A stretch of DNA of 64,000 nucleotides from Chloroflexota bacterium (GCA_016213135.1 JACRBQ010000028.1:7284-71283), one strand, 5' to 3'. Shown: positions 28,566 to 37,432, numbered from the stretch's first letter. Notes: generated from the letters alone by a model not told the origin. Made by a program: numbers and translations.

Positions 28566-30466
28566 ACCGCCTCCCCGTCATTCTCATTATTTTCACCGCC
28601 GCCCTCCTGCGGCTCGGTTGGCCCGGCCTCACCGAATTCAAAGCCGACGAAGCGCGGCTGTATTCGCTGGCCCTCAGCATGGCCGAATATAAATCGTTCG
28701 CCCTGCGCGGCATCGGCTCCTCGCTCGGCCTGCCCAACTTTCCCCTTTCCGTGTGGCTGTTCTCGCTGCCGCTGTTCGTGTGGAAGCACCCCTATTCGGC
28801 CACGTTGTTTGTCGCCGCGCTGAACACGCTTGCCGTGTACGTCTGCTATCGGCTCACCCGCCGCCATTGGGGCGAGGCCGCCGCCCTCGTCGCCGCGCTG
28901 TTCTTTGCCGTCAGCCCGTGGGCTGTCATCTATTCGCGCAAAATCTGGGCCCAGGATTTGCTGCCCCTGTTTGTGTTGGCCTACATCGGCGCCGCCCTCG
29001 CCGCCTTTGTCGATAAGCGGCGTTGGGCGTTGGCTATGCATCTTGTCGCCCTTGCCTGTGTGGTGCAAATTCACCTCTCCGGGTTGGCCTTTGTCCCCCT
29101 CACTGCCCTGTGGCTGATCGTTTTCCGGCGGGATGTTCGCTGGCGCGAAGTGGCCGTGGGTGTGGCCGCCGCCGCGCTCACCGCGCTTCCTTTTGGCATT
29201 TACCTGCTGGGAAACATGGGCAATACCGCCGCCGTGGGCGGCCTCCTCGCTCGAAAAGCTTCCATCGATCCCGATTCTCTCCGTTACTCGTGGATGCTGC
29301 TCACCGGGGCAGACATTCACTCATTGGCCGGGCCGCAGGCCTTTGGCGATTTTCTGCGCTCCGTGCCGAACATTGACCCCGTCCGTTGGCTGTGGGGCGT
29401 GCTGGCCGTGGCGGGCCTCGCCGTGGCCCTTTACCGCCGCCGCCCCGCCGATCTCATTTTGGTTTCGTGGCTCGCTGCTCCGATTCTCTTTTTCATCCGC
29501 CACAGCACGCCGGTGTTCCCGCACTACTTCATCGTCACCCTTCCGGCGGGATACATGCTGGCGGGCATTGCGGTCAACGCGTTTGCAGATTTTCTTACCG
29601 CGAAGGCGCGAAGAGCGCAAAGGCAAGAAACAAATGACCCTTCGCGTACGCCTGCCCTCTTCAGAGGGTCGCGCCTTCGCGGTTCTATCTTTGCGCTGGC
29701 TATCGCGAGTGCGGCGGCGCAAGCGGGCGTGTGGCTGGCGCTGCTGTTTTTCGTGGGGCGGGTGGCCACGCCCAATGGCTTCGGCACACCGCTGGGGATG
29801 CTGCTCAACGTGGCGGATCAAGCCAAGGAGTGGCGCCTGGCGCGGGGCGCGCCGGAGATTTTGCTCGTGGGTAAAGGCGATGATCCACAGGTGGACGAGT
29901 TCGCCGCGGTGACCGACTCCCTCTTTCACGGCCTGCCGCACCGATTCGTGGACGGCGCGGCGGCGGCGGTGTTGCCGCAGGGCGGGGCGGTAGTCGTCAT
30001 CCAATCCGGCGATTTCACCGCGCGCGGCTGGTACGAAAAACTGGCCGAGAGCGCAACGTGCCTGCTCTTGCGCGAGCACGAAATAGGCATCGAGCTGCTC
30101 GCCGTTCCGCCGAGCCTCGCGCTCCAGCCCGCGCACGCTTTCGCCGAACCGAGGCTGCTCGCCAACGGCGTGGAGCTATTGGGCTGGGAGGCTGCCCCGG
30201 CGTGGACCGTGATCTGGCGCGTGGGCTACATCCCGCCCGCCGCCGACTACCACTTTTTCAACCACGCCCCCTCGGCGCAAGCGGACGGAGTGGGCTACCC
30301 CTCGCGTTACTGGCGCGATGGCGATAGGGTGCTGAGCTTTTTTGACTTGAGTCCGCTGGCGTGGCCGGTGCGGGTGGGGATGTACGAGTTTCCGTCGGTG
30401 ACGAACGTGCCAGTGTTGGATGCGATGGGCAACCCGTATTCGGACGCGGTGACGGCGGGGCCGTAA
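28562..30466 (+). CDS. GT39 / ArnT-PMT-like membrane glycosyltransferase
   Basis: MNRLPVILIIFTAALLRLGWPGLTEFKADEARLY...SPWAVIYSRKIWAQDLLPLF. The ATGA overlap joins it to the YfhO-like stop. The start was chosen at the internal ATG. Confidence 0.83.
   Translation: MNRLPVILIIFTAALLRLGWPGLTEFKADEARLYSLALSMAEYKSFALRGIGSSLGLPNFPLSVWLFSLPLFVWKHPYSATLFVAALNTLAVYVCYRLTRRHWGEAAALVAALFFAVSPWAVIYSRKIWAQDLLPLFVLAYIGAALAAFVDKRRWALAMHLVALACVVQIHLSGLAFVPLTALWLIVFRRDVRWREVAVGVAAAALTALPFGIYLLGNMGNTAAVGGLLARKASIDPDSLRYSWMLLTGADIHSLAGPQAFGDFLRSVPNIDPVRWLWGVLAVAGLAVALYRRRPADLILVSWLAAPILFFIRHSTPVFPHYFIVTLPAGYMLAGIAVNAFADFLTAKARRAQRQETNDPSRTPALFRGSRLRGSIFALAIASAAAQAGVWLALLFFVGRVATPNGFGTPLGMLLNVADQAKEWRLARGAPEILLVGKGDDPQVDEFAAVTDSLFHGLPHRFVDGAAAAVLPQGGAVVVIQSGDFTARGWYEKLAESATCLLLREHEIGIELLAVPPSLALQPAHAFAEPRLLANGVELLGWEAAPAWTVIWRVGYIPPAADYHFFNHAPSAQADGVGYPSRYWRDGDRVLSFFDLSPLAWPVRVGMYEFPSVTNVPVLDAMGNPYSDAVTAGP
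29597..29683. repeat. 87-bp family-A-like hairpin element inserted in frame in the GT39 gene
   Basis: Arms ACCGCGAAGGCGCG / CGCGCCTTCGCGGT. It starts on a codon boundary and its length is 29 codons, translated as TAKARRAQRQETNDPSRTPALFRGSRLRG. Confidence 0.75.
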
Positions 30467-30478
30467 CAGAACTCACAT

Positions 30479-31573
30479 TCAGCCTGTTAGCGTCGGCGGC
30501 AAGCCGAAGCGCACTGGCAAAGAGGGATCAATGAAGCTGATGATTTGAGCGAGTCGATCTGCCTGGCAGGCCAGCACGTGAATCCCGAAGGCTTGATACT
30601 CTTTCTCTCCGGTCTGTTGATAGATGGCAAAGGCAGGTTGAGCATTGGCCTGAGTCGGCTGGAGCCGCCAGCGGCCGGCGGCCTCACCGGGGAACATCCC
30701 CTCATCCGCAAACACGGTTGCGGCCATGAACACGCCAATCGCCGCGCGCCCGCGATACCAGGAAGGTGAAGGCGGCATCGCGAACGTTGCATCCTCTTTG
30801 AGTAAGGCAACCAGCCCGGCCACATCGGCGGTTTCCCAGACTTGAACATAGCGCTCAAGCAGTCCCCGGGTTCGCTCGTCCGCTGCCGAGGGACTGAGGC
30901 CCTCCAACGCCCGGCCGTGGTAGTGTTTCTCCAGCGTCGTCCGTGCCCGGTGGAGGGCGCTGTTGGCCGCCGAGACGGTCAGCCCGAGGAGCTCCGCTAC
31001 CTCGCGGGAAGGCCAGTCCAGCACATCACTTAGGATCAGTGTAGCCCGTTGACGCGGCGGCAGGGCCTGCAAGGCGATTAAGAAGGCAAGCGAGACGCTT
31101 TCGTAGGCGGAGTAGCGAGCCTCGGGGCCGGCTGTGGCCTCAATCAGCCATTCATCCGGAAAAGGCTCCAACCAGCTTATATCTGAGGCGGGGGGCAAAA
31201 TTGGGGCCTGGGGGTCTGAGACGGGATGGGTTTGGGCCGGAAGCAGGCGGCGGCTTCGCGCTCGATCCAGGGCATCGAGGCAGGCATTGGTGGCAATCTT
31301 GTAGAGCCAGGCCCGGAACGACGCCCGGCCCTGGTAGGTATCGAGCCGCCGCCAGGCGCGCAGAAGCGTTTCCTGCACCAGGTCTTCCGCTTCGTGCAGT
31401 GAGCCGAGGATGCGATAGCAATGAACCTGTAGCTCGCGGTGGTAAGGCTCGGTCAGATCGCTAAACTCGCGCTGATCTCCGCGTCGGGCGGCGGCGAGGC
31501 GCTCGGCCTCAACCGGGTTGGGGAAGAAGGGGATGCGCTTGATGGTGAAATTCCGGCTATTAGCTTTAGACAT
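30479..31573 (-). CDS. ECF sigma factor with a C-terminal SnoaL/NTF2-like extension (ECF41/SigJ-like architecture)
   Basis: Region 2 is HRELQVHCYRILGSLHEAEDLVQETLLRAW, region 4 is LPPRQRATLILSDVLDWPSREVAELLGLTVSAANSALHRAR. A further domain of about 130 aa follows. Confidence 0.87.
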   Translation of the reverse strand: MSKANSRNFTIKRIPFFPNPVEAERLAAARRGDQREFSDLTEPYHRELQVHCYRILGSLHEAEDLVQETLLRAWRRLDTYQGRASFRAWLYKIATNACLDALDRARSRRLLPAQTHPVSDPQAPILPPASDISWLEPFPDEWLIEATAGPEARYSAYESVSLAFLIALQALPPRQRATLILSDVLDWPSREVAELLGLTVSAANSALHRARTTLEKHYHGRALEGLSPSAADERTRGLLERYVQVWETADVAGLVALLKEDATFAMPPSPSWYRGRAAIGVFMAATVFADEGMFPGEAAGRWRLQPTQANAQPAFAIYQQTGEKEYQAFGIHVLACQADRLAQIISFIDPSLPVRFGLPPTLTG

Positions 31574-31729
31574 GGCAGTTTTCTCGCACTTGTCGGATTC
31601 AGGTGATTATGACGGTTCACTGGGGTCAAACTGTGCGGTGATGTTCCATACGCAAGTTCCGGGCTGACCGCACAATTTTGGCATCTGCTCCCGTCTTACA
31701 TAGAAACCAACAATCACAAGGAGATTACC

Positions 31730-32035
31730 ATGAAATACATTACTGTGGTACGAGGCAAACTCAAGGGCAGTCAGAAAGTAGCTCAGACGGCCCACGATGC
31801 GACGGTCGAGAAGCTGTCGGCCATGACCCGGCCGATGGGAGCCATCGGGCATCAGGCTTATCTGAATCCCCAGAACCCGATGGAATTTCTGGCCGTTGAC
31901 ACCTGGACCAATCTGGAAGGCCTGCAAAAATTCATGGGCGACCCGAACGTGGCCGCGGCGTTTGGCCAGCTCTTTGAGGACATGCCCGATATTTCCATTT
32001 GGTCTGAATCGGGCTGGGCTTCCTTCTCCGGGTAA
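31730..32035 (+). CDS. small ABM/Dabb-fold-like protein
   Basis: 101 aa with an AAGGAGA RBS. EFLAVDTWTNLEGLQKFMGDPNVAAAF resembles the ABM pattern (f..e.W.s.ea...f). Divergent from the ECF sigma gene. Confidence 0.45.
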   Translation: MKYITVVRGKLKGSQKVAQTAHDATVEKLSAMTRPMGAIGHQAYLNPQNPMEFLAVDTWTNLEGLQKFMGDPNVAAAFGQLFEDMPDISIWSESGWASFSG

Positions 32036-32203
32036 GCCGCCTCTACAACCTGTCTCTGTCTGCAATGCCCGGCGCGCGCCTCACGTGGCCGCCGGGCATG
32101 GAGTCGTTAAGTTTCGCCCTCGGCATCACCCGCCGCGCAAATCTTGCAAACCCGCACCTGTGGTGCTCACCGCCTTCATCGGTCAAGCCATCCCCGCGTT
32201 TGC

Positions 32204-32431
32204 GCCGCCGACTACCACTTTTTCAATCACGCCCCCTCGGCGCAAGCGGATGGGGTGGGATACCCTTCGCTTTACTAGCGCGATGGCGATACGGTGCTGA
32301 GCTTTTTTGACTTGAGTCCGCTGGCGTGGCCGGTGCGCGTGGGGATGTACGAGTTCCCGTCGGTGACGAACGTGCCGGTGATGGACGCGATGGGCAACCC
32401 GTATTCGGATGCCGTGACGACGGAGAGGTGA
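32204..32431 (+). pseudogene. displaced duplicate of the last 75 codons of the GT39 gene, carrying an in-frame TAG
   Basis: Aligns without gaps to 30239..30466 with about 20 mismatches in 228 nt (manual count). TGG is changed to TAG at 32276-32278. No upstream gene body is present. Confidence 0.85.
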
Positions 32432-32460
32432 AAAACGCAGGATCGCGTGGGGGCCGAACA

Positions 32461-32727
32461 CTACGGGAAATATCTGTAAATGTCTTTTCGGTGCAAGATG
32501 CGGACAAAGGCAACGGTCTCGCCTTCCAAAATCAGGCCGACTCTGTAGTCGCCAATCCTGATGCGGTAATAGCGGTCATCGCCTTTGAGCTTCTTGATGT
32601 CCTTTATCTCTTGAAGGCTTTTGGCTTTTTCAACAAACTCAATAACCTGCTTGACTCGCGCCTTCAAGTCCGTGTCTTTGACTTTCTTCAAGTCTTTGGC
32701 GAAACTGCTCTTGAATTCGACCTTCAA
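32461..32727 (-). CDS. RelE/ParE-family type II toxin
   Basis: KKLKGDDRYYRIRIGDYRVGLILEGETVAFVRILHRKDIYRYF. Confidence 0.85.
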   Translation of the reverse strand: MKVEFKSSFAKDLKKVKDTDLKARVKQVIEFVEKAKSLQEIKDIKKLKGDDRYYRIRIGDYRVGLILEGETVAFVRILHRKDIYRYFP

Positions 32728-32933
32728 GCTGGGCTCTCCAATATTTGGAAAACTTCTGCCCGGTTGACCGTTTCGCTAGACTCGCTTTCCTTAATGGCGT
32801 TTACGAGCGCCAAATCCTCTAGGACTTCCACGAACAGGTCATAAAGTAGGCCCTTCTGTTCTTGAAGAAGTTCTATGATGGCTTGCTTAAACAACTCTTT
32901 AACTCGCGCTTCATCGAGAGATACTTGTGCCAT
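32724..32933 (-). CDS. cognate antitoxin (putative)
   Basis: 69 aa from the internal ATG (MAQVSLDEARVKELFKQAIIELL...). There is a 4-nt overlap with the toxin start. Confidence 0.6.
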   Translation of the reverse strand: MAQVSLDEARVKELFKQAIIELLQEQKGLLYDLFVEVLEDLALVNAIKESESSETVNRAEVFQILESPA

Positions 32934-33100
32934 ATCTGCCTCCGGTCTTAGTTTGAGCAAATCATACCATACGCACTCGCGCCTCAGCGCACTCGGCGCG
33001 AAGTCGTTCATCATAGACTGTGAGCGTTGCTAAAGTTCAAATATCACGCTCAACCTTCGTAACCATTCGAGTGACAGCCTTCGCGTTATAGGATTTGCCA

Positions 33101-33559
33101 TCACTCCCACGGCATATCAAACCAATAAACATATTCCGAGTATGCATCATCGGCGATGCTGTACTGTTGCCCGCGCGCACCGACTCGGCCATACTCAACA
33201 CCGGCGTCTTTGAATAGTTGGGCTACGGCATCGTGAAGCAAGTCTTTGACTTCATCGGGGTCGGATGTCTCAGTGGATTCCATCAACGACTGGTTGATCG
33301 ATTTTTCGTCGGCGTCATCGCCTTGCTTATCTTCCGTCACACTACAGGCATATTGAAGCATGGCCGCGAGCAGTGGCGCGAGGCGGTGAGTTCGCCCGCC
33401 GGGGACGAGCACGCGCAACATACTGACCCAAGCGCGGTAAACTTCCGGGCCAACCACTTCCTGTAGACTTCGGGAGCTTCTCGCCTTCTTGGCCGTTTTT
33501 GTTTTCGCCTTTTGCGGAGTGGATTTGCTTTTTAGTTTCGATGGCGCTTTTGCAGTCAT
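33101..33559 (-). CDS. hypothetical protein with a Lys-rich N-terminal tail and an acidic body
   Basis: MTAKAPSKLKSKSTPQKAKTKTAKKARS... then ...TEDKQGDDADEKSINQSLMESTETSDPDEV. No family recognised. The upstream part of the ORF is a helicase remnant. Confidence 0.4.
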   Translation of the reverse strand: MTAKAPSKLKSKSTPQKAKTKTAKKARSSRSLQEVVGPEVYRAWVSMLRVLVPGGRTHRLAPLLAAMLQYACSVTEDKQGDDADEKSINQSLMESTETSDPDEVKDLLHDAVAQLFKDAGVEYGRVGARGQQYSIADDAYSEYVYWFDMPWE

Positions 33560-33658
33560 TGGCGGCCTTTCGACTCGTGATGGGTGTGTGTCAGTTTGCC
33601 AATGGCTCGATTGACCTGCAGTCGATCTGCCCACGGCTGGACGCGGTGTTGGGCGGCC

Positions 33659-33954
33659 TTTGGTCTTGCCCGTGCCCGTCGCCATTTTTACCACCAGGCG
33701 CCGCCAAGTTTCGTCAAACATACCCGTCGAGACTGCGCCGGAATTATCAAATTGAGCAAACTGCAGCTCGTCTCGGTGGCCTCGGCATAGCTTTTATCGC
33801 GCCACGTTTTCACCCGCTTGCGAAGCTCAGGCACCAGTGGCGGGAGCAGTTTTTCCATGCTGCTCTCCCGCAAGGCTTCATCCGCCGGGAACCAGCGAAT
33901 CTCCGGGTCAAGGATCGCGTGGGGCGAGGCGGGGAAATTAGGATGGAGTGCCAT
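33659..33954 (-). pseudogene. decayed type III restriction Res / DEAD-like helicase gene (N-terminal remnant)
   Basis: MALHPNFPASPHAILDPEIRWFPADEALRE...LLPPLVPELRKRVKTWRD is a typical Res N-terminus. A Walker A piece, VVKMATGTGKTK, lies in another frame (33721-33659). The rest of the gene is missing. Confidence 0.6.
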
Positions 33955-34032
33955 TGATGAACTTCAGGACGCGGTCACCGAACTGAATGAGATCATCCAA
34001 GCCGGAAACGATGACCGATTTGACAATATCGT

Positions 34033-34451
34033 TCATACGGCGTAAGCCCTCCCGGTTCTGTAAAAGGCATCCAGGATTTCCCGGCGCTCTTCGTTTAGTT
34101 TTTGGTAGTAGGAAATGACCAGCATTTCAAATTCATCCGCCGCGTACGGATCGGCGCAATAGAGGCGGACGCCGCCAATGATTTCCTTTTGAAAGACGGT
34201 GGAAACCTGCCGGGCATTGAGCAAATCAACCTCGCTGGATAAGGCAGCTTGCAGATCAAAACGGCACCGGCTCAAGAGAAGATTTTTTCTTGCCTGGCTT
34301 GCTCGGGTGGCAAGAGCAAGGCGATGTCAATGTCGCTGTCGGGCAATTCTTTGTGGGTGTCATAAGAGCCAAACAGGTAAATCCCCTGTGCCGCGGGATA
34401 GTGCGCCAAAATGATTTGGATGATGGTTGCGGTTGTTTCAGCCCGGTTCAT
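34033..34451 (-). pseudogene. MNT-type minimal nucleotidyltransferase (HEPN-MNT antitoxin), frameshifted, followed by a truncated HEPN-like stub
   Basis: Frame 1 gives MNRAETT...GIYLFGSYDTHKELPDSDIDIALLLPPEQA and stops at 34272-34274. The sequence continues in another frame as ...LSSEVDLLNARQVSTVFQKEIIGGVRLYC. The shift lies near the A6 run at 34284-34289. A 32-codon ORF starts at the ATGA overlap (34036) and breaks off at the Res copy. Confidence 0.6.
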
Positions 34452-34505
34452 ATCTTCACCTTCACAATCGTCATGGTGTCGTTGCCGAAGATGCCCGCAA
34501 ATGCA

Positions 34506-34582
34506 TCATCCGCCGGAAACCAGCGCATAGCCGGATCGAGAATGGCGTGGGGCGAGGCGGGGAAGTTGGGATGGAGCGCCAT
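34506..34582 (-). pseudogene. second copy of the Res gene 5' end (first about 26 codons)
   Basis: MALHPNFPASPHAILDPAMRWFPADDA. It aligns to 33878..33954 with about 11 mismatches in 77 nt (manual count). Confidence 0.6.
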
Positions 34583-34731
34583 CAGGCTAGTTCCATTTCC
34601 AGAACCCGCCGGGCGTCCCGACAGCCGAGCACCAGTTCTGCTCCGAGGGCGCCCAGCCCCATTGCGATTTCCATCCCGATGCCCGAGGTCGGACCCGTGA
34701 TGATAGCCCGCTTGCCTTTGATGAAATCCAT
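34582..34731 (-). pseudogene. N-terminal fragment of a short-chain dehydrogenase/reductase
   Basis: My own translation is MDFIKGKRAIITGPTSGIGMEIAMGLGALGAELVLGCRDARRVLEMELA, then a stop. The Rossmann TGxxxGIG motif is present. Only 49 codons remain. Confidence 0.5.
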
Positions 34732-34860
34732 GGAATTTCTCTTATCGCCTTCGGCCGGCTAACGTTTTCGGCATCAGCCACTTGCGAGGCGTAGCGCCGG
34801 GTCGCCTGGATGCGGTTGTTAGCCGGACACACTGTGTCGTTGCCATTTAGCCATGCAAGC

Positions 34861-35325
34861 TTACTGAGAAGTTTCGAATTCCTCAAACTGATCGAGTCTC
34901 TTTAACAGAGCATTCGGGTGGAAATATCGAAACAAATTGGGATTACGCAAGATGTCCGCACCTTGCTTATTAGCCAACGGCTTATCACCATACTTAAATT
35001 TGAACATGGCGAGTGCCGCTTTCTCCAATTTCTTATGCATGTCTTTGAGGCCCCGCACACCTTGATAGGTCAAAATATATGCTGACAACTTTCTGATGCC
35101 TTGCCTTTTTAGAATTGCACTGGCTTGATAGGCCGTACTGGACGCAACGCGAGCAAGGCCCCTCTTTGTTGTACCGATATATACTATTTTAGACTTGCCG
35201 CTGGTATAACGCACCTCTTTATCAGCAACCAACACATACACCAATTGCTTACTCTCAATTGCAGTCCTTGTAACAACCAAGGCCGGAACAGCATGTAGCT
35301 TCAGGGGTTTCTTGCGTGGTGGCAT
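34861..35325 (-). CDS. small GIY-YIG-like protein (putative nuclease fold)
   Basis: The ATG at 35325 follows a strong AGGAGGT RBS. LVYVLVADKE...KIVYIGTTKRGLARV plus KKLEKAALAMFKFKYGDKPLANKQG matches the GIY..YIG..R....E....N order. Low GC. Confidence 0.5.
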   Translation of the reverse strand: MPPRKKPLKLHAVPALVVTRTAIESKQLVYVLVADKEVRYTSGKSKIVYIGTTKRGLARVASSTAYQASAILKRQGIRKLSAYILTYQGVRGLKDMHKKLEKAALAMFKFKYGDKPLANKQGADILRNPNLFRYFHPNALLKRLDQFEEFETSQ

Positions 35326-35475
35326 CTTGTGACCTCCTATTATCTTCCTTGTGATATTCAAGTGAATTCGTGAATGTCCGCCCAACGTTGCGCGTCAGCC
35401 GTTTGCGAACCTCCAGCGGAGCAAACCCGCTGCAGCGCGGCGTTGGAATGTGCCTTTTCAAGCCAGTACCGAATA

Positions 35476-36306
35476 CTATGCGTCAGAATCGTAGTCGTTA
35501 CCTGCAGAGACCCGGTTCTTGCCAGCGGTTTTCGCCTGATATAAGGCTGCATCAGCACGCTTGACCAACTGATTGACAGATTCTCCCAGAACATAAAAGC
35601 CAACACCGATACTCACAGTTACACATATCTTGTTGCTCCCGATATCGACACGCTTTTTTTCAATGGCTTGGCGTATGCGTTCTGAGGTTGTAATCGCCTC
35701 CTCGCGAGTGAAGTTGGGCAGTACGACTGCCATTTCCTCTCCGCCATAGCGGTACGCATTAGCCTTGTTGGCGATAGCGTCCTTCACTTCTTGCGCCATT
35801 TCCTTGAGAACGGAATCCCCGGCAGGGTGGCCATGTTGATCGTTGACTTTCTTGAAAGAATCGATGTCTATCATCGCCAATGCGAGAGGCGATAACGCAG
35901 AGTTCGCGACTCCAACAAGAGCTTCAAGGTCATTGTCAAAGTTGCCCCGGACATATAGTCCAGTCAGCGCATCAATCTGCGGTAGAGGGCCTCCTCTTGG
36001 CGAACCTCTCCTCGGGAGACCGCACAGACCTCTGTCGAATCCAAATGTCCACTTGGGGAATGGCCCTTCCTTGGACAAAATCCTAATTCTGCCATCTCTC
36101 TGCCATCGGTCTAGGACCATTTTGAAATTGATGAAACGGTTGACGGGCTTAGGTCCGATGTAGCCCATTTGGATGAAGCCATCATTGCCGATTCCATTGA
36201 AGACGTCCTCCACAGGGACCGTGTCATCGACCAAGTCCATTCGTGCTACGAACTCGGCTAACAGCTTCTGCGTTTCACCGTCTTCCTGCGCTTGCGTAAT
36301 CCCCAT
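35476..36306 (-). CDS. GGDEF diguanylate cyclase with an unrecognised N-terminal domain of about 115 aa
   Basis: IDALTGLYVRGNF, DIDSFKKVNDQHGHPAGD, active site RYGGEEMAV, ADAALYQAKTAGKNRV. No RxxD I-site is visible upstream of GGEEM. Confidence 0.87.
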   Translation of the reverse strand: MGITQAQEDGETQKLLAEFVARMDLVDDTVPVEDVFNGIGNDGFIQMGYIGPKPVNRFINFKMVLDRWQRDGRIRILSKEGPFPKWTFGFDRGLCGLPRRGSPRGGPLPQIDALTGLYVRGNFDNDLEALVGVANSALSPLALAMIDIDSFKKVNDQHGHPAGDSVLKEMAQEVKDAIANKANAYRYGGEEMAVVLPNFTREEAITTSERIRQAIEKKRVDIGSNKICVTVSIGVGFYVLGESVNQLVKRADAALYQAKTAGKNRVSAGNDYDSDA

Positions 36307-36427
36307 ATGAGGTGTCAGTCAACCATTACTTGAGAACGATTGCAATGTTCGGCTCAAATTCCTCCACCATTGTTGAGTTGTTGCTCCTTTTACTTGACCA
36401 TGATGGCATCTTATCGCAGCACTCTAA

Positions 36428-37432
36428 GAGGCCGTTTTGAAATTCAGTGTTGATAGCTTTTGATAGCGCCTGGAGTTGCGATCCAGTGCAGCTACTCTCG
36501 GTGTACTCGACTATGTCTTGCTCTCACTGCAAACTTCCGATGTCGACCAACAGACAGACTCCTCCCTTGTCATCCTTAGGCTGTGACGGGGCGAGCCAAT
36601 CGCCTCACCATCAAGCGCGTCATGGCGGCGTACACCCAGGCTTCACTGGTGCTGGTCAATCGCTCGTAGTCTTTGCTCAATCGCCGCGAACGATTCAACC
36701 AAGCCAACGTGCGTTCCACGATCCAGCGTTTGGGCAGCACCGCAAACCCACTGAGATTGTCCGAGCGTTTGACGATCTCCAGCACCCAATGACAAAACTG
36801 CTTGACCCACTCGCCCAACTTCGGGCCCGCGTAGCCGCCATCCGCCCAGACCAGCTTCAAACGCGGAAAGCGCTGACGGACTTTCTCCAACACCTGTTGT
36901 CCGCCATCCCGGTCTTGTACACCCGCCGAATGCACCACCACCGACAGCACCAAGCCCAAGGTGTCCACCAGCAAGTGACGTTTGCGTCCCTTGACCTTCT
37001 TCCCGGCGTCATAGCCGCGCTCGCCACCTTCTTCTGTCGTCTTCACCGATTGACTATCCAGAATCGCCGCGCTCGGTTCAGTCTCTTTACCGGCCAGCTC
37101 TCGAACGCGCCCGCGCAGGGTGTCATTGATCCGGCCCCAAGTGCCATCATTCTTCCATTGATTGAAGTAGCCAAAGACGGTGTCGGCAGGCGGAAAGTCG
37201 TGCGGCAGATACCCCCACTGACAGCCCGTGTGCAAGACGTAGAAAATCGCATTCAGAATTTCCCGCAGGTCTGCTCTCCGCTTTCGCCCGCGCGGTTTGG
37301 GAGGCGGCAGCATCGCTTCGATGACTTCCCATTCTGGATCGGTCAAGTCGGAGGGGTAGGATTTGCGTTTGAAGAGCATAGCTGGATATTACACCCTTTG
37401 ACCCGCAAGAGTCCGATTTAACAAACAGCCTC
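36428..37432 (-). mobile_element. IS5-family insertion sequence (about 1005 bp) with a TAA target duplication
   Basis: Imperfect terminal IRs GAGGCCGTTTTGAAATTCAG (left) and GAGGCTGTTTGTTAAATCGG (right, reverse complement), similar in style to IS903-type ends. TAA flanks both ends (36425-36427 and 37433-37435). Confidence 0.78.
36576..37379 (-). CDS. IS5-family DDE transposase
   Basis: LTDPEWEVIEAMLPPPKPRGRKRRADLREILNAIFYVLHTGCQW...SQSVKTTE...VWADGGY...VERTLAWLNRSRRLSKDYE. Confidence 0.92.
   Translation of the reverse strand: MLFKRKSYPSDLTDPEWEVIEAMLPPPKPRGRKRRADLREILNAIFYVLHTGCQWGYLPHDFPPADTVFGYFNQWKNDGTWGRINDTLRGRVRELAGKETEPSAAILDSQSVKTTEEGGERGYDAGKKVKGRKRHLLVDTLGLVLSVVVHSAGVQDRDGGQQVLEKVRQRFPRLKLVWADGGYAGPKLGEWVKQFCHWVLEIVKRSDNLSGFAVLPKRWIVERTLAWLNRSRRLSKDYERLTSTSEAWVYAAMTRLMVRRLARPVTA

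Noticed and set aside
31574-31729. ECF-type (GGAAC...CGT) promoter in the divergent region between the sigma gene and the ABM-like gene
   Set aside because: GGAAC words are present, but I could not find a convincing -35/-10 pair at correct spacing.
34587-34886. 99-aa minus-strand ORF
   Set aside because: The sequence is not protein-like. A different frame over 34582-34731 gives a clean SDR Rossmann N-terminus, which explains the region better as a gene fragment.
36447-37421. 324-aa plus-strand ORF inside the IS
   Set aside because: It is antisense to the IS5 transposase, which has clear DDE-family motifs, and it has no motif of its own.
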